Virus record (IMG/VR): IMGVR_UViG_3300010376_000052
Coordinates: 1-47,282 of that record
From: a virus
Taxonomy: Duplodnaviria; Caudoviricetes
Reading direction: 5' to 3' (one strand)
Length of the DNA: 47,282 nucleotides
Each line of letters opens with the position of its first letter. Positions within the stretch are counted from its first letter, which is position 1. Of the stretch, positions 35,569 through 44,847 are shown one piece after another. The translations under genes were made by a program, and so were the position numbers. Below the pieces are notes generated by a model. The model searched no databases and was not told the DNA's origin. It was given only the letters and a program-made list of their open reading frames with translations.

Positions 35569-35928
35569 ATGGGCAAGCTCACGAAGTTCTTGAAGGTCTA
35601 CGAGCATCCGTTCTCGATCCGCAAGAAGAACGGCAAGGGCATCGTCGAGGTACGCTTCTACGAAGGCTACGTCTCGATCTACAGTCGTCAGCCTGGGAGT
35701 CGCGGGTACGAGCAAGAGATCCACATCACACGCAGCACATGGTACAAGCTACTGAACTCTAACCTGCGTGGTGTCAGTCGCCACATGGAGGGTCCTGACT
35801 TCGATCGCTACCGGGCGGAGCGTCGGTATCTGCGGGAGGAAGCTCAGCACCTCGCAGACCAGAGAGAGCTGAAGCGACAGATCTATGGAACGCGGCGGCG
35901 TCCTCGGAGGCGTCACCGTAGAGTTTGA
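35569..35928 (+). CDS. Hypothetical basic protein
   Basis: RBS GAGGG, phage-like codon use. Confidence 0.55.
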   Translation: MGKLTKFLKVYEHPFSIRKKNGKGIVEVRFYEGYVSIYSRQPGSRGYEQEIHITRSTWYKLLNSNLRGVSRHMEGPDFDRYRAERRYLREEAQHLADQRELKRQIYGTRRRPRRRHRRV

Positions 35929-36217
35929 TACGTCGCCAGTCCGACAGACGATGGTACCACTCGTCAGCGGCCTCAAGCAAATCTTGATCTATGATCAAGG
36001 TTTGGATCACAGCGATGGTATCCTCCTTGGACGGCAACAGCGAGTGGTCCTCGATGATCTTTGCCACAGTCATCAACTCCATGGCCATCGCCACTCTGCC
36101 CGCGTGGAGCATTCTCCTAATGGCCTCGGGCGTTGTTCCCGATTGCGCAGCCAAATAGCTACAGAGTTCCTCCGTTGGCCTCTGCATGAAGTCCTCTTCG
36201 CTACCCACAGCCTTCAA
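35774..36217 (-). CDS. Hypothetical protein
   Basis: Follows 36201-36461 in the same operon; start uncertain. Confidence 0.45.
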   Translation of the reverse strand: MKAVGSEEDFMQRPTEELCSYLAAQSGTTPEAIRRMLHAGRVAMAMELMTVAKIIEDHSLLPSKEDTIAVIQTLIIDQDLLEAADEWYHRLSDWRRIKLYGDASEDAAAFHRSVASALSGLRGAELPPADTDAPPGSDRSQDPPCGD

Positions 36218-36461
36218 CCTCCCTGCCTAGCTTGTCATGCTGCAGCTGACCCATACGGCCTGGCCACGGTTCATTCGGGTGATAACGTTTCCACAGTGCC
36301 TTCTCGCGCGTGTCGAACCGTTCCTGGAGCTTGCGTCGTCGTTTCTGCTCGTCGGATACGCGCTGGCGAATGAGCTCACGGTACTGTGGATATTCACGCA
36401 ACCACCCATAGAACCTGTCGATTTCGTCCTGGGACAATTTCCTGCGGCGCTTCAATTCCAT
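36201..36461 (-). CDS. Hypothetical basic helical protein
   Basis: RBS GAGG, ATG 36461. Confidence 0.55.
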   Translation of the reverse strand: MELKRRRKLSQDEIDRFYGWLREYPQYRELIRQRVSDEQKRRRKLQERFDTREKALWKRYHPNEPWPGRMGQLQHDKLGREVEGCG

Positions 36462-36475
36462 ATAATCCTCATTAG

Positions 36476-36538
36476 TATGTTGTATTATCCAATATTATAC
36501 CGAAGGTATAAATATGGATAAATACAAACAAATACATA
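36476..36538. other. AT-rich imperfect palindrome with C-GAA-G loop, candidate replication origin
   Basis: TATGTTGTATTATCCAATATTATACC-GAA-GGTATAAATATGGATAAATACAAACA; the most AT-rich stretch I saw in the genome. Confidence 0.5.
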
Positions 36539-36550
36539 GCTCAGTGGATT

Positions 36551-36901
36551 TTAATCCGAGGACCGGGATTTTAGGTTACGCTGGCGCCCGTCCAACGGGG
36601 GATACGGAGCGTCCCAAACGCCCAACGCTACGAGGTCATCAGCCGTGAACCATACGTAGTCACGCAACGATCCCACACCTGTGGTAGTGATCAACTCATC
36701 GAGCTTCGTCATGGAGATGGTGCGGACCTTCCCCTGATGGTACCGGCGGAGTACTTTGAGACGCGTGTTCGACAGGTAAGCAACTTGCCTCCAACTCCCA
36801 TGGCGGGCGCGCATACGCGCGAACAGCTCCACCAGCTCGGGGGTCATCGGCGTGTACAGATCCCCACTCTTGGGATGAGTGGACTTACCCTTCGGCGCCA
36901 T
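36551..36901 (-). CDS. XRE-like HTH protein
   Basis: MAPKGK start overlapping primase end; SWRQVAYLSNTRLKVLRRY..G....IS...LDEL. Confidence 0.6.
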   Translation of the reverse strand: MAPKGKSTHPKSGDLYTPMTPELVELFARMRARHGSWRQVAYLSNTRLKVLRRYHQGKVRTISMTKLDELITTTGVGSLRDYVWFTADDLVALGVWDAPYPPLDGRQRNLKSRSSD

Positions 36902-38849
36902 TGTCCGAAAGGAACAGTTGCCACGAGTGGCCACGCCCGCGGCGACCGCCAGCCATTTCGATGAGGTCCGAATCACGTGCCTTGCCCAGCACTGTCTTGC
37001 GCGACGCGCCAAGTACCTCGGCAAGCCGGTTAGCAGTAATCCCCGGCTCCCTACGCACCGCATCGACGATCATGCCCATCAGGTCGTACCGTGAGATCTC
37101 ACACTTCATGTTCAGATCCCCGGGTTCACCCCACCAGAGACGTAGGTCAAGCGGTCGGCGAGGTGACATAGATCGGAACTCCAGCTCCAGTCGACTTCCA
37201 ACCCACCCCACCCTCTCTTCATCGAGCGCTGCGCAGTAGATCGCGGAGTCGACCCAGCCATGCAACGTGGTGGTGCCAAGCAACCGTTGCCCACCACGCC
37301 TAGTGTGCGATCCAGGGGCTGTGGGCGCCTTCGTGAAGTGGTGCACGAGACCAATCGCGCAGCCGTACTCGTTCCGCAGATACAGTAGCCACTTCAGGTA
37401 CGGGTACATCTGTGCAGCCTTGTCAGTATCGACGCCCCCGAAGCACAAGTACAGTGGATCTATCAGCATCAATACAGGCCGTACTGCGCGGACCTCTTCC
37501 TCGAGCATCTCCCGATCCTCTTCCAGCGACAGATCAACCCCGTAGTTGTTGAGAAGCTTCAACGGTAGGTCCGCTGGGAACTCCAGCTCGACGGTTTTCT
37601 TACCGAGTGCCCCGCGTCCAGCGCGCTCCTCAGTGAACTGCGAATCCCCGATCAGCTTGTGGAACCTAGCCAGCTTACGCATGCGGTCCTGCACCATCCA
37701 CTGCGCGTTTTCTTCCTGGACAACTAGGACTGGTCCAGGGGTGTGTACGGGATACTGGCCTAGGAACGGCTTGCCAGACGCAACCGATACCGCGAGTGCC
37801 AGCGCGAGGCCTGACTTCGAGGTCTTCGGGTCACCGCCGATGATGCCATGCGAACCCGCAGTCCAGATGTCCTCGACGAGCCACTTCGGTTCGGGTAGGT
37901 CCACAGCCATGAACGTCGAGTACCTGATCCATGGGAATCGCTGAACCTCCCCGACTTCCTCGAGCTCCTCGCCCTCCCCGGGGGGAGTGGCCTTAGCGCG
38001 CACGTGCCGCATCGCCTTAGCGATCTCGCGTCGCAGTCTGCGCTCGCCCGTGCGTACCTTCGCCCATTTATTCCACGCGCTCGCCGAGACTACCTCGAAG
38101 ATGTCATCTTCGCCCCATCCTGCCTCAGCAAGTAGGCATTCGAGTTCCCATAGTCGTGCACTCCGTTCTCCTTCCACGACACTATCTGCTGGGACCCGAA
38201 GCAGAGCTCTCGCGCGGGCAGGCATATCCTTTCTGACAATCGGTACCGCGGAGAAGACGCGCTCCACTGGAGGAGCACTCCCCTTGACAACCTCCCATAT
38301 CGACTTGGCCGAGTATGAAAGTTCCTCCTCATACCAGAGGAGCTGCACGGGCGGGCCGTCAGGATACTTGAAGTTTCGAGTGCCAGGAAGTCGTAAGACC
38401 TGAGTGCGGTCCCATCCACCTTGGTCGGCTCCAAGATGATAGGATAGTGCCTGATTGATGCGCTCCTGTATCTCCGGGCGTAGTCCCTTGTGCAGTCGCC
38501 ACAGAGCCTGATACCGGTCGGGCGAAGATTCCCACGCCATCGTCGGCATAATCCCCAAATCCGCAGCCTCTGTGGGATGTATCTCATCGAGGTCAGCCCA
38601 GAGCCAATGCGTAGAAAGCATGTCCTCATAATCCCGCCCCCGTTGCTTGAACTGCGCAGCCGAAAAGTACAAGCTCTCACCATCACGTAGGCAGGAGTCG
38701 ATGCGGCGTGTCACCTCCGTGTCCGCGGGCCACTTCAGGTAATAGGGGACCCAATAACTACCAACTTTGGCGGGTAGATCGACCCAGCCCCGCCGCACAC
38801 CCCATACTACGTCGAGGAAGTCCTCCGCTTCCAGCTCGGTTACGTCCAC
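36885..38849 (-). CDS. Primase-helicase: RepB-like primase + AAA_25 (RecA-type) helicase
   Basis: LWADLD, WESSP.RYQALW, QVLRLPGTRNFKY; GERS (PriCT-like); Walker A GDPKTSKS, Walker B MLIDP, LVHH; RBS AAGGAGGT. Confidence 0.85.
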   Translation of the reverse strand: MDVTELEAEDFLDVVWGVRRGWVDLPAKVGSYWVPYYLKWPADTEVTRRIDSCLRDGESLYFSAAQFKQRGRDYEDMLSTHWLWADLDEIHPTEAADLGIMPTMAWESSPDRYQALWRLHKGLRPEIQERINQALSYHLGADQGGWDRTQVLRLPGTRNFKYPDGPPVQLLWYEEELSYSAKSIWEVVKGSAPPVERVFSAVPIVRKDMPARARALLRVPADSVVEGERSARLWELECLLAEAGWGEDDIFEVVSASAWNKWAKVRTGERRLRREIAKAMRHVRAKATPPGEGEELEEVGEVQRFPWIRYSTFMAVDLPEPKWLVEDIWTAGSHGIIGGDPKTSKSGLALALAVSVASGKPFLGQYPVHTPGPVLVVQEENAQWMVQDRMRKLARFHKLIGDSQFTEERAGRGALGKKTVELEFPADLPLKLLNNYGVDLSLEEDREMLEEEVRAVRPVLMLIDPLYLCFGGVDTDKAAQMYPYLKWLLYLRNEYGCAIGLVHHFTKAPTAPGSHTRRGGQRLLGTTTLHGWVDSAIYCAALDEERVGWVGSRLELEFRSMSPRRPLDLRLWWGEPGDLNMKCEISRYDLMGMIVDAVRREPGITANRLAEVLGASRKTVLGKARDSDLIEMAGGRRGRGHSWQLFLSDNGAEG

Positions 38850-38880
38850 ACCCAGTACCTCCTTTCAGGAGAACGTGTAG

Positions 38881-38938
38881 CATCATTATATCAAACCATA
38901 CGGCCCAAAATCAGGAGAGACGTGGATTTGATATGATG
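38881..38938. promoter_or_regulatory. Divergent promoter pair (TTTGATATRATG on each strand)
   Basis: CATCATTATATCAAA (38881) and TTTGATATGATG (38927) form an inverted repeat between divergent operons. Confidence 0.65.
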
Positions 38939-39055
38939 ACGTTGTGACGCACGCGACATGGCACTTCATCGCTACGTCATGTACCAGGGCCGCAGGGGGC
39001 GGGTCGCTCCTCCAGTCACTCGCCCCCTGCATTGATCCTTGACAAAGGAGGTAGT

Positions 39056-39250
39056 ATGCAAACCACCGAGTGGGTGTTCGACCCAGCGGATGAGAGCACT
39101 TACCCGTCGATATGACTCGACGAGGAGTCTGTGGCGCATCGCTTCGGACTCGTAGGCGGGGAGGTTCTCCGTCAAACTCGTAAGGAGCTACGAGCGTACC
39201 GCGACGGGGTGATGCTCTGGCGTTGGATCGATTACCGACATACCACATAG
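39056..39250 (+). pseudogene. 64-codon ORF interrupted by one in-frame TGA (39113-39115)
   Basis: Strong RBS AAAGGAGGT; MQTTEWVFDPADESTYPSI*LDEESVAHRFG...DYRHTT; the TAG stop abuts the next RBS. Confidence 0.5.
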
Positions 39251-39258
39251 GAGGTCAT

Positions 39259-39465
39259 GTGTCAGACTACCAGGACATCGCCCTAGCAAGTGCACAACTG
39301 GCGGTAACAGTCGGCATTGTCGAAGCTGCTGTCATGCAGGGGGAGGATACTCCTGACGAGGTCAAGGAAAATCTGACCGAGAAGATCGACGACGTGGTAG
39401 CATTCCTCAAGCGGGAGATCGAGGAGTTCGTCAGTTTCGGTGAGGCGTATGACAGTGAGACGTAG
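39259..39465 (+). CDS. Small acidic helical protein
   Basis: RBS AGGAGG, GTG start. Confidence 0.6.
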   Translation: MSDYQDIALASAQLAVTVGIVEAAVMQGEDTPDEVKENLTEKIDDVVAFLKREIEEFVSFGEAYDSET

Positions 39466-40195
39466 ACGAATAACCACGTCATCGAAGAAGCTACGCAGAC
39501 GGCTCAAGGTAACTGATCTCTACGGTGAGGGGGTGAGTGGTAATTTACTCCAGGGGCGATATGGGACCGAGGCCGTGTATGCATGGTTCCAGAATCGCCA
39601 TCGACGAGGTTACCAGCGACTCGACGACGGGGTGTACCACAGTGGCAAGTATTCGTGGACAGTACCACCCACGGTGCTTGCGTGTCTGAGGCAGCCAATC
39701 ACCACCAACCAGATGAGTGTGAGGCTAGCGTGGTATGTGACGTGGATATCACCGAGGACCGGGCAGAGACTACGGAAGTACTTCATGTCGCCGTGGGTAG
39801 CGATGGAGTTCCTGGCGACGAAGGCTTCGCGTGTCGATCCGCATGCTGCTCTGGTCTCTCGCACACGTCCGTACGACGTGCCCGCGAAGTATAGGGGCAA
39901 GTTCCCGCACAAACAACCGTTCCGAGGCAGAGAACGAACGTGGTATTGGTGTCCCCTCTGTATGCAACCGCGCAGGTTTAGGGCAGTGAAACCACCCCGC
40001 GAGTTCTATGCGACAGTCAAGGTGTGGTCAGAAGAGAAGCAGCGTTACATCCCGAAGGACAGGAAGCTACGACTGCTTGAGTGTTCGTACTGCTCGTGCA
40101 CCAACCAGAACTCTGTGTTCCGACGGTCGAATCAACCGTGGGAGCTGCGTAAGTTCAAGAAGGGTGCGCGGAGAGCAAGGAGAAGGAGGAGGTAA
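39449..40195 (+). CDS. Basic Zn-ribbon hypothetical protein
   Basis: WCPLC...CSYC; Arg-rich C-terminus; start uncertain. Confidence 0.6.
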   Translation: MTVRRRRITTSSKKLRRRLKVTDLYGEGVSGNLLQGRYGTEAVYAWFQNRHRRGYQRLDDGVYHSGKYSWTVPPTVLACLRQPITTNQMSVRLAWYVTWISPRTGQRLRKYFMSPWVAMEFLATKASRVDPHAALVSRTRPYDVPAKYRGKFPHKQPFRGRERTWYWCPLCMQPRRFRAVKPPREFYATVKVWSEEKQRYIPKDRKLRLLECSYCSCTNQNSVFRRSNQPWELRKFKKGARRARRRRR

Positions 40196-40416
40196 TGGCA
40201 GAGAAAGTTAAGTTCAAGCCGTTCGCACTACGGTTCGAGTTCCACGATCCGGAGGAGGCGGAGGTCTTCTTGCGTGGCTGCATCCTGGCCATGCAGAACA
40301 ACAACAGCCACCTGTGGTCGGAGGTGATCGACGGCATCAACAGTGCCATGGGTGACTATCGTGCAGCGAGGCTTCACGCTGACCTCGCTGCGCGTGCCGC
40401 TGCTGGCATGCCGTAG
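40195..40416 (+). CDS. Hypothetical protein
   Basis: TAATG coupling, RBS GGAGG. Confidence 0.6.
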   Translation: MAEKVKFKPFALRFEFHDPEEAEVFLRGCILAMQNNNSHLWSEVIDGINSAMGDYRAARLHADLAARAAAGMP

Positions 40417-41850
40417 GTGAAGTACCTCGCGAAGACCAAGCCGTTCAAGCATCAAGCCAAGGCTACACTTCGTGCCGTCCGCCACCGCAATTATGCGGTT
40501 TTCTTTGAGCCACGACTTGGGAAGACGAAGGTAGCCTTGGACTACTCGGCTATACTCGCATTGAAGGGTGAATGTCGCAGGGTACTGATCCTTGCGCCGT
40601 CGATTGCCCTCGACGTGTGGGCGAGTGAGCTACACAAGCACTTCCCGTACTGGTATGACGCCGAGACGTTTGAGGAGGAGTGGCACAGTGCTACTACGAT
40701 TTATGCTGGAGATCCGCCTGAGGTCAGATTTTTCCTCGCGGGACGGGAGGAGACGTTCAGAGCGGTCCGTGCTCGTACCAACCTCCGACGCCCGAAGCAG
40801 GAGATCCTCGAGAAGTGGGACCCGGACGTGGTCGTCATTGACGAGAGCCATCAGTACAAGCGACCCGGTGGGCGCGCTGCTCAGGATGCCTGGAGGCTTG
40901 TCCGTCGTCTGCGCAAGAAGAGACAGGACGGACGGCCGTACGTACTTCTACTCACCGGAACTCCAAACCCCAAGGGCTGGCGCGATCTGTTTGCTCAGTT
41001 CCGAATCATGGATGAGTCGCTGTTCGGCACGAATGCTGGCTCGTTTGACGAGGAGTACGTTGTCCGTGGTACAGGACGACGGCAGTGGGCGATACTGGGA
41101 TACAACCATCTCAGTAGACTCAAGCGGATAGTTAGACAGAACAGCATCACCTGCACCGCGCAGCAAGCCGGCCTTGCCGGCCAGCTATTCTGGCAGATCC
41201 TACCGGTCAAACTACCACAGAGGGTGATGGACCTCTATGAAGAACTGGCTGAAGAATACATTGTGGAGACTGAGCACGGGGTTCTGGATGCTGCCAATCA
41301 GGGTGTTCTGCGTCTGCGCCTACTTCAGCTTACGTCTGGGTTCCTCACAGGTGGGGAACAGATCCATGATGGTAAGACTACCATTCTCCGAGCGTATGCT
41401 GAGGGTCTCCGTGACCAGGATGAAGACGTGGTCGTTAGCTGTCGTTTCACAGCAGAGGTTGATTCCTCCCGGGACGTTCTGGAACGACTGGGCTATCACA
41501 CTCAGGTACTCGACGGTAGAACGAAGCGCAGAGATCGCCGTCACATCTTGGACACGTTTCAGTCATCACGCCGTAGCCCACAGGCGTTGGTCATGCAACA
41601 CCAAGCCGGATCGCTCAGCATCGAACTCACTCGTGCTGCCGAAGTGGTATTCCTCACACTCCCGGATGATTGGGTAGCATTCTGGCAGGTGCTCAACCGA
41701 CTCAGAGGTCCCAACCAAAAGCGACCCGTCCGCGTCTCAGCAATCATAGCCCGCAACACAGTGGACCGGCGCGTTCTATATGGCTTACGCAGGAAAGAGG
41801 ATTGGCATGGGGATCTCATGCGCGATCCGCACAGGTTCCTCTGCGTTTGA
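40417..41850 (+). CDS. SNF2-family (superfamily 2) DNA helicase
   Basis: PFKHQ, EPRLGKT, IDESH, LTGTP, LLQLTSGF, LDGRT, QVLNRLRG. Confidence 0.9.
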   Translation: MKYLAKTKPFKHQAKATLRAVRHRNYAVFFEPRLGKTKVALDYSAILALKGECRRVLILAPSIALDVWASELHKHFPYWYDAETFEEEWHSATTIYAGDPPEVRFFLAGREETFRAVRARTNLRRPKQEILEKWDPDVVVIDESHQYKRPGGRAAQDAWRLVRRLRKKRQDGRPYVLLLTGTPNPKGWRDLFAQFRIMDESLFGTNAGSFDEEYVVRGTGRRQWAILGYNHLSRLKRIVRQNSITCTAQQAGLAGQLFWQILPVKLPQRVMDLYEELAEEYIVETEHGVLDAANQGVLRLRLLQLTSGFLTGGEQIHDGKTTILRAYAEGLRDQDEDVVVSCRFTAEVDSSRDVLERLGYHTQVLDGRTKRRDRRHILDTFQSSRRSPQALVMQHQAGSLSIELTRAAEVVFLTLPDDWVAFWQVLNRLRGPNQKRPVRVSAIIARNTVDRRVLYGLRRKEDWHGDLMRDPHRFLCV

Positions 41851-41856
41851 TATAAT
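41846..41856 (+). promoter_or_regulatory. Extended -10 promoter of the nucleotide-metabolism/polymerase operon
   Basis: TTTGATATAAT, same motif as 38881/38927. Confidence 0.65.
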
Positions 41857-41888
41857 GGTACGTATAACTACTAGGAGGTGAGCACGGG

Positions 41889-42089
41889 GTGTCAGATCGT
41901 TGGAAGGTCAAGGGACTGCCGCTCGAATCGTTCAACCACGAAGGTGGCAGTGCGGGTGAACCGTTCGCGGCCATCCAGCTCCCGAGCGGGACGGTTATCT
42001 TGACCAAGGAACCGTACTTCTACGAGGGCGACGAGGACAGGTCGTCAGCGCTAGAAGAGAACAGGCAGCTGGAACGTGAGCGCGGATAA
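41889..42089 (+). CDS. Hypothetical protein
   Basis: RBS GGAGGTG. Confidence 0.5.
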   Translation: MSDRWKVKGLPLESFNHEGGSAGEPFAAIQLPSGTVILTKEPYFYEGDEDRSSALEENRQLERERG

Positions 42090-42636
42090 GCTGCCCATGA
42101 TCGTCGAGGGGCCTGATGGATCGGGTAAGACGCAGCTCGCGCATCAGCTGTGTGAGGAGTTCAATCGGGAGTATCGTCGGCCGCCGCCTGCAGCGTTGTC
42201 ATCTACGCACGGGCCCACAGGTGGGTCACTCGTCGCGTGGTGGGACAACCATCTCGCTCGACCCTGGACTTTCCTGCGAGCTGGCGTGTACGACCGCTGC
42301 TTCTACATCAGTGATCCGATCTACCAGCAGGCGCAGGTCGACAGGGATCTGATCGTCGCACCCCACGTGCTCGCTCGAGGCATCGCCAGACTGTGGTCGA
42401 TCGAGCCAGTGATGATCTTCTGCTTGCCGCCGTTCGATGTGCAGCTCAGCAACGTGCGCCATGACGGTAGGCCTCAACTTGAGGGCGTGAGCGCGCAGGC
42501 ACTGGCGAAGATCTGGAATGCGTACTACGCTGCGTATGCTGTCTGGTCACAGGCGCTGTTCGACAACGTCTTGCTCTACGACTACACCGAGGAGGATGCG
42601 TGGGAGAAGCTACTGGACAAGATATCCTCGATCTGA
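42076..42636 (+). CDS. dNMP (thymidylate-type) kinase
   Basis: IVEGPDGSGKT P-loop, YDRC.YISD.IY, IFCLPP. Confidence 0.85.
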   Translation: MSADKLPMIVEGPDGSGKTQLAHQLCEEFNREYRRPPPAALSSTHGPTGGSLVAWWDNHLARPWTFLRAGVYDRCFYISDPIYQQAQVDRDLIVAPHVLARGIARLWSIEPVMIFCLPPFDVQLSNVRHDGRPQLEGVSAQALAKIWNAYYAAYAVWSQALFDNVLLYDYTEEDAWEKLLDKISSI

Positions 42637-42950
42637 GGAGGATCCAAACACTACACAGACTGTGGCTGAACCACAACTTCCCGACGCAGACTCGGGAGCA
42701 GATCGTGTTCGGGATGGTGGAAGAGCTGGGAGAACTCTGTCACCACCTGCTGAAGCGTGAGCAAGGAATCCGAGGAGGTGGTGTCGACCACGAGTATGAG
42801 ATCCGCGACGCGTGCGCTGACCTCGTTATCTTCATGATGGGCCTCGCAGACGAAGAGGGCTTCGATCTGCTGACGGCTATCAACGAGGCTTGGGATCAGG
42901 TCAAGCGTAGAGACTGGATCAGATTCCCCAAGAACGGAGTTGACGCATGA
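42600..42950 (+). CDS. MazG-like NTP pyrophosphohydrolase
   Basis: MVEELGEL, EIRDACAD. Confidence 0.85.
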   Translation: MGEATGQDILDLRRIQTLHRLWLNHNFPTQTREQIVFGMVEELGELCHHLLKREQGIRGGGVDHEYEIRDACADLVIFMMGLADEEGFDLLTAINEAWDQVKRRDWIRFPKNGVDA

Positions 42951-43126
42951 GCACCCCCGCAGCGCAGTCCTTCTCCATGAAGCTCTTGTTCCTTCTCGCC
43001 GCCGTAGTCCTGCTCATCTTGGTAGTAGTCTTCGAGTTCTTCGTTCACAAGATCTCAGAGCACACTGACCTCGGCTTGCTCGCGCTTGGCCTCGCCTGCT
43101 ACGTGATCGCGCAGGTGGTGCCGTAA
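42947..43126 (+). CDS. 59-aa two-TM membrane protein
   Basis: Hand translation MSTPAAQSFSMKLLFLLAAVVLLILVVVFEFFVHKISEHTDLGLLALGLACYVIAQVVP; ATGA and TAATG coupling. Confidence 0.65.
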   Translation: MSTPAAQSFSMKLLFLLAAVVLLILVVVFEFFVHKISEHTDLGLLALGLACYVIAQVVP

Positions 43127-43302
43127 TGCTTGCTGACAAGAGAGACCAACGCGATCCCACAACCATCGGGCAGCAGATACTTGCCATGCAAGGCAAGACC
43201 GCCCATGAGAAGGCCGACAAGGTTCTCGGTGTCAGCATGAACGGCAAGAAACCGTGGCAAGGTGTACCCGGACTGAAGAAAACGGTGAGGCATGATCAGT
43301 AA
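43126..43302 (+). CDS. 58-aa hypothetical protein
   Basis: Coupled ORF MLADKRDQRD...TVRHDQ filling the gap. Confidence 0.5.
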   Translation: MLADKRDQRDPTTIGQQILAMQGKTAHEKADKVLGVSMNGKKPWQGVPGLKKTVRHDQ

Positions 43303-44116
43303 GGACTACGAGACACTGTCGGATCTGTGGAGGGGGTCGATCTGGCGCATGTGGCGGGGCACGATTGACAATGGCCTCGTCGATTGCGTCGGTAGTGCAG
43401 ACATCATCAGCTACGACAACGTCCTGCGGTGCGACAGCATGGCGTTCGACCTCGACATGGGCCGCGACTTGTGGCTCAACAAGCAACGGTGGACGAGGTT
43501 GGTGAGGGACTATGTGGACAAAGAAGAACTCCTCAGGTTCATCGAGAAGGCGACGGAGATCGGGTACGGAGATGGAGCTAAGGGAGCCTGTACTTCCATG
43601 TTCTCCCGAAACGTTGAGCGTTATAGCAAGCGCCATCGGTGGGGGAACTGCATGCTCGGTTTCACGTATCGAGGCAAAGTGGGACGGGAAACTCCCACCC
43701 TATCTATGCACTCTCGCGTGTCCTACATCGCCTACATCGGCGGACTGGATCTTGCACTTGCCCATGTCCTGGCGAGAACTATCGGAAAGCGAATTGGAGC
43801 GCCGCCTGAGGATTTTGCTTTCCGGTGGCATGTAGACGCGTTGCAGTTCCACGGGTTCAAGTCGCTCCCGATGCTGTACAAGACCGCATACATAGACGAC
43901 CTCGAGCGAAAGGAGTTACGCCGACAGTATCCAACGATCAACCTAGTGGGCAAATGGTACGACAAGATCAAGGAGTATCATGAGGCCGGAATCCACGACA
44001 ACAAGTACGGACCACTCAAGCGGGTCATGCGACGGTACCGTGAGTACATGGCCGAGGATTACCTGCCCACCGTCACGGTCAAGGACCTGACATGGCAGCC
44101 TCTCTATCCCCGGTGA
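43292..44116 (+). CDS. Divergent thymidylate-synthase-fold protein A
   Basis: WGNCMLGFTY (Cys), LSMHSRVSYIAYIGGLDLALAHVLA and FRWHVDALQFH align by eye with TS PCH..QF / QRSCDVFLGLPFN / HLY. Confidence 0.62.
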   Translation: MISKDYETLSDLWRGSIWRMWRGTIDNGLVDCVGSADIISYDNVLRCDSMAFDLDMGRDLWLNKQRWTRLVRDYVDKEELLRFIEKATEIGYGDGAKGACTSMFSRNVERYSKRHRWGNCMLGFTYRGKVGRETPTLSMHSRVSYIAYIGGLDLALAHVLARTIGKRIGAPPEDFAFRWHVDALQFHGFKSLPMLYKTAYIDDLERKELRRQYPTINLVGKWYDKIKEYHEAGIHDNKYGPLKRVMRRYREYMAEDYLPTVTVKDLTWQPLYPR

Positions 44117-44847
44117 ACGTCTTCGAGTGGATTGACGACGCCATCGCGCAGTCGATCGCGTGCCTCGTCGAGACTGGCGAGGACGTAGATGCGGGTCGGT
44201 GGCAAGGTGTGCCCACAGAGGGTAGACCTGACATGGTGACCAAGGAAATCATCAATCTCCAGTGGTCAGCGCAGATGCCTGAGACCATGGAGGAGGCTCA
44301 GGAACTGATCAATCCGAACCTCCCGTGGGCGGAGGATCACTTCCAGGAACGCATCGCCGGCGAACCAACGAACCCGGGCAGGGAGTACGAGAACTGGCCC
44401 TGGTGGCGTGGGCAGGACAGCGAGACCATGATCGGAGGCAAGTTTACGCACACCTACCAGGAGCGATTCTGGCCACCTCGAGGGCTACTCGGCATTCGCT
44501 TTTCGTACGGAAACCTCGACGATGTGGTCGGCCATCTATCTGAGAACCCACTGTCGCGGCAAGCAACATTCCCGATTTGGTTCCCAGAAGATACTGGTGT
44601 CGTGCATGGTGGACGTGTACCTTGCACGTTGCACTATCACTTCCTCCGTCGCAAAGACAGGCTACACCTGTGGTATCCGATACGCAGTTGTGACGCCGTG
44701 CGACACTTCCGCGACGACATCTACATGGCAGTAAGACTCGCGCAGTACGTGCTCGCACGACTCGGTTGGGAGGATGTCGAGGTAGGCTTCCTCAACTTCA
44801 ACGCCTACTCATTCCACGTCCACAAGGGGGATCTGCATTTGCTATGA
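44113..44847 (+). CDS. Thymidylate synthase homolog B (dCMP hydroxymethylase-like Asp)
   Basis: NPLSRQA, IWFPED, RVPCTLHYHF, IRSCDAVRHFRDDIY, SFHVH; GTGA coupling to gene A. Confidence 0.85.
   Translation: MNVFEWIDDAIAQSIACLVETGEDVDAGRWQGVPTEGRPDMVTKEIINLQWSAQMPETMEEAQELINPNLPWAEDHFQERIAGEPTNPGREYENWPWWRGQDSETMIGGKFTHTYQERFWPPRGLLGIRFSYGNLDDVVGHLSENPLSRQATFPIWFPEDTGVVHGGRVPCTLHYHFLRRKDRLHLWYPIRSCDAVRHFRDDIYMAVRLAQYVLARLGWEDVEVGFLNFNAYSFHVHKGDLHLL

Noticed and set aside
39113-39115. Genome-wide stop-codon reassignment or selenocysteine
   Set aside because: TGA, TAG and TAA all end well-defined genes; I recognised no tRNA or SECIS
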